DNA of 63,507 bases, filler included, from Hausera hauseri (taxonomy: Eukaryota): the NCBI GenBank assembly GCA_046269625.1. It is 10 parts of 10 records of this genome, joined end to end, with 100 filler letters (N's around TTAATTAATTAA, not from the genome) between each part and the next. Parts side by side here need not be neighbours in the genome. Positions count along the whole stretch, not along the records: positions 56,158 to 63,507 come from JBJURY010020342.1; 9 more parts are not named here. One strand, written 5' to 3'. The notes beneath the pieces were generated by a model. It searched no databases. It worked only from the letters and a program-made list of their open reading frames with translations, and was not told the origin of the DNA. The stretch's first letter is position 1, and every line of letters starts with the position of its first letter. Positions 61,501-63,507 of the stretch are shown one piece after another. The position numbers were made by a program, and so were the translations under genes.

Positions 61501-61954
61501 CGGTTGAACGAGATTGTAAACCATTTCCTGCATATTAATTTGAATTAACTTGGATTTCATTGTTATCGTTTGGGTGATTGTGTAGGCCCCACCGAAATGT
61601 AACAAGCAATAAAATCCTGAAGTTCAATACTGAATGAAAATCAAATGTTTCTTTTCAGATGAAATGTTATGACACGGCCAATAATCAATTCAATAAGAAA
61701 TTTGGCTGCAGTGGAACAATACACGTTGAATTTGTTAAGAAAGTGACAATGTAATATCCATCATACGAGGTGGACATGTAGTTAACCAATGATACAGATC
61801 TACAAATTTTAGGAAAATCAATCTGTCGATTTAAGATTTGACAGTGGTTAATAAGTCTATATCACAATAGGCTCACAAGCCACAAGCCATGGTGTCTGAC
61901 AAGCTACGCCCGCGAGAAATTATAAAAATTAAATTTGTGTTTCATTGAAAATTG

Positions 61955-63507
61955 AAATAGATACGATGATGCTTCACTTCGGCAATTTGATGGTTCATTT
62001 ACGGATGAAGCAAAACGATGGATAGAAGATATAGTACACGCAAACAATTTTTTTCGACTGTCATTTGCGGAGCTATGTGAATTCTTGTTAACGGAACAAG
62101 TCAGAATTCTGTGGACCGATTTTAAACAAAAAAATGGAACTAACCGTCAGACACAGAGGCTACAATATGGTTCAAAACTACGTTTTTGAGGAAGGCGAAT
62201 CCTCTCGATGAGGTAGTGCCAAAGAGAAAGAGAAAAGTTTTTGACATATGAAATCAGGGTTAGCTAATCCACCGATTAAACCCGATGTGTGTGGAAGAGA
62301 TGTATGAAGACCATGTGGATGAAATGGTGCCATATGAAGACTACGCGAAAGAAACTTTAAATACCAGAAACTATACTATGAGCAGTTCGTCAGTGGAGTT
62401 GGCGTAGAAAATCTACAAAATCGAGATGCAGCAATGGTAATGGGGAATAAAGGGCGGTGGTGGAGTAAAGTGAAGTTGAACAAGTGTGGAATAGTAATGT
62501 TGTTAGATAGTGAATCCAGTGTGTCAGTAGTAAGTGAAATGATTTGGAACGCGATAGGACAACCTAAGCTAACGAAGTGCGCTCTAATATTGACTGGAGC
62601 CTTTTCGAAAAGTGATGATTGTTTGGGGAAGGTAAAAGTCAATGTGGCATGGGATAAGGAAGTACATAGGATTGAATTGATAGTAGTAAGAACAATCAGG
62701 CCAGAAGCTATTGGAGGAATAGATATCTTAAAGGCATTTGGTATGAAACTAATGAAAACTGGCCTTAGTTGATCTAGAACGATAAAGGTAGCAGCCGTAA
62801 CAACAATGGTAAAACCGGAAATCGCAGAGACTTACTGTCTTCGGGTGTTGTCATATAATTGGATGACGTGCTGATTTGCTCAAAGACGATTTCAGAACAT
62901 TGCAAACTACTAGAAGAGGTGATGGTAAGACTGAAAAATGTAAATCTAAAAGTGAATCCCAAAAAATGTGAATTTAGTGTTTCGGAGTTGATATTTCTCG
63001 GACATACCGTTAATAATCATGGAGTGTCAATAAATCAACGAAAAGAAAAAGAGATCCAGAATTTCCCAATTCAATGTGTACGCGGTCGTTGAGATCATTT
63101 TTAGTTCTGGCCAACTGTTACATAAAGTTTGTCAAGAATTACGGGCTCATTGCGGCGCCGTGTAGAATTGTTTTGTCAAAGTTGTGTGAGGTATGTTTTA
63201 ATCTATTGAAATTGAAGCTATATAAAGCGCCAATATTAACCTTCATGGATCCAAAAGTGATTTTACTTTGGATACAGATGCATCGTATGGTGCAATAGGA
63301 GCAGTACTTAGCCAAAATATAGGAAATGAAGATAAGGTAGTTGCGTATTCGTCTATAGCACTCTCATCTTTTGAGAAAGGCTACTGCGTTACAAGAAAGG
63401 AACTGTTGGCCTTACAAGAGTTTATCCTGCATTTTAAACAGTATTTGTCTGGTAAGCACTTCACGGCTAGAACAGATCATAAGGCTTTGATATATATGAA
63501 GACCGCT
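61955..63507 (+). mobile_element. Decayed Ty3/gypsy element (gag, protease, partial RT, RNase H), runs off the window
   Basis: LLDSESSVSV, LDDVLI, KCEF..FLGH, DTDASYGAIGAVLSQ, YCVTRKELLA, RTDHKAL. Confidence 0.88.

Overview
Eukaryotic (invertebrate metazoan, probably flatworm-like; inference) draft-assembly sequence. It is ten separate contigs joined by artificial 100-bp linkers (44 N + TTAATTAATTAA + 44 N), so neighbourhood across linkers means nothing. Content is mostly mobile DNA: an intact spliced hAT transposase, two decayed Polinton/adintovirus-like elements (two pPolB genes, one major capsid gene), several Ty3/gypsy families, non-LTR fragments and a decayed DD37E Tc1/mariner. Host genes are one intact micro-intron CAP/venom-allergen-like gene and decayed MAP2K, innexin, germ cell-less, LRR and RhoGEF fragments; there is also an orphan DEDDh-exonuclease-like ORF. 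The most unusual signal is a CsRn1-clade gypsy family with four copies. Its two complete copies (21088-26773 and 37355-43007) have no pair of direct LTRs and no visible target-site duplication. Their ~100-nt GC-rich ends are complementary to each other with apparent co-variation, and an Sde2/ubiquitin-like domain ending in IRGG precedes Gag. All protein calls come from motif recognition by eye, not database searches.
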